A stretch of 64,000 nucleotides of DNA from Nemertoderma westbladi (taxonomy: Eukaryota > Animalia > Xenacoelomorpha), in contig JAUCBJ010004577.1 in NCBI GenBank assembly GCA_032718475.1, positions 28,211 to 92,210 of the forward strand. Direction: 5' to 3'. The notes beneath the pieces are model-generated. The model saw only the letters and a program-made list of their open reading frames with translations. It ran no database searches and had not been told where the DNA came from. Position numbers and translations under genes: made by a program. Shown here in pieces: positions 63,567-64,000 of this stretch (positions are counted from its first letter, which is position 1; every line of letters starts with the position of its first letter).

Positions 63567-64000
63567 TCATTCGATATACAATCATATGTTAATCCGCTAG
63601 GTGGTGTCAAATTGTTATTCTGCAATTTCGTACTTACCAGTGCAGCACTGTACAGCAGTACCGTACCGGTAGGCCTATGTCATTACTTCTGAGTCTCTAG
63701 CGGATCCCCAATTAAATGTCTTAACTTTTCAATTTCGTAAAAGATAGACTTCATGATTCTCTACAGGCCACCAAAATTTCAGCTCAGGAAAATGAGGCCT
63801 TCCCGAGAAATTTAACATTTTCTAAAAACCACATAATCTGTCGTAGCTGACGTCAGACTGCATGATTTTTCACCAAACTTTACAAACTTTCTAAACTTTC
63901 TCTCTACTACTTACCTACTAAGTTTGGTTCAATTCCGAACGAGCGATGCCGAGAAATTCGCGTTCAAACATTTACCAGACAGACGGACGGACAGACAGAC
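63567..64000. repeat. Second near-identical copy of 62689-63125 (offset 878 bp), truncated by window end
   Basis: TACAATCATATGTTAATCCGCTAGG...ACAGACGGAC is repeated almost exactly. Confidence 0.9.

Overview
Repeat-dominated eukaryotic (probably invertebrate metazoan) genomic DNA. The window appears to lie inside one minus-strand spliced gene, a FAM193A/B-like gene. Five exons with canonical GT-AG sites and compatible phases lie at 15498-19675, and a probable upstream exon lies at 57872-58105; the terminal FAM193_C exon would be left of base 1. Its introns are very large: a ~14 kb 29-bp satellite (1488-15443), a ~22.4 kb 31-bp satellite (21151-43593), the 5' end of an L2/CR1-group LINE (1-~1480), several RTE-clade LINE fragments with (TAG)n tails, a full-length but frameshifted Ty3/Gypsy element (48276-53795) inserted in a minisatellite, tRNA-derived SINEs, DINE-1/HINE-like elements and further minisatellites. 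The most notable points: (i) the 31-bp satellite appears to be amplified from a short piece of RTE reverse-transcriptase coding sequence, in situ; (ii) the 29-bp satellite reads, on the gene's sense strand, as a tandem branch-point/polypyrimidine/(AG) 3' splice-site mimic, and also carries Forkhead and telomere-like motifs; (iii) a 20-bp RTE insertion with a 14-bp TSD; (iv) LINE ORF1 and ORF2 in frame across a single TGA-C with no ORF2 ATG. I see no evidence for a new protein-coding system. All family calls come from reading motifs by eye, not from database searches.
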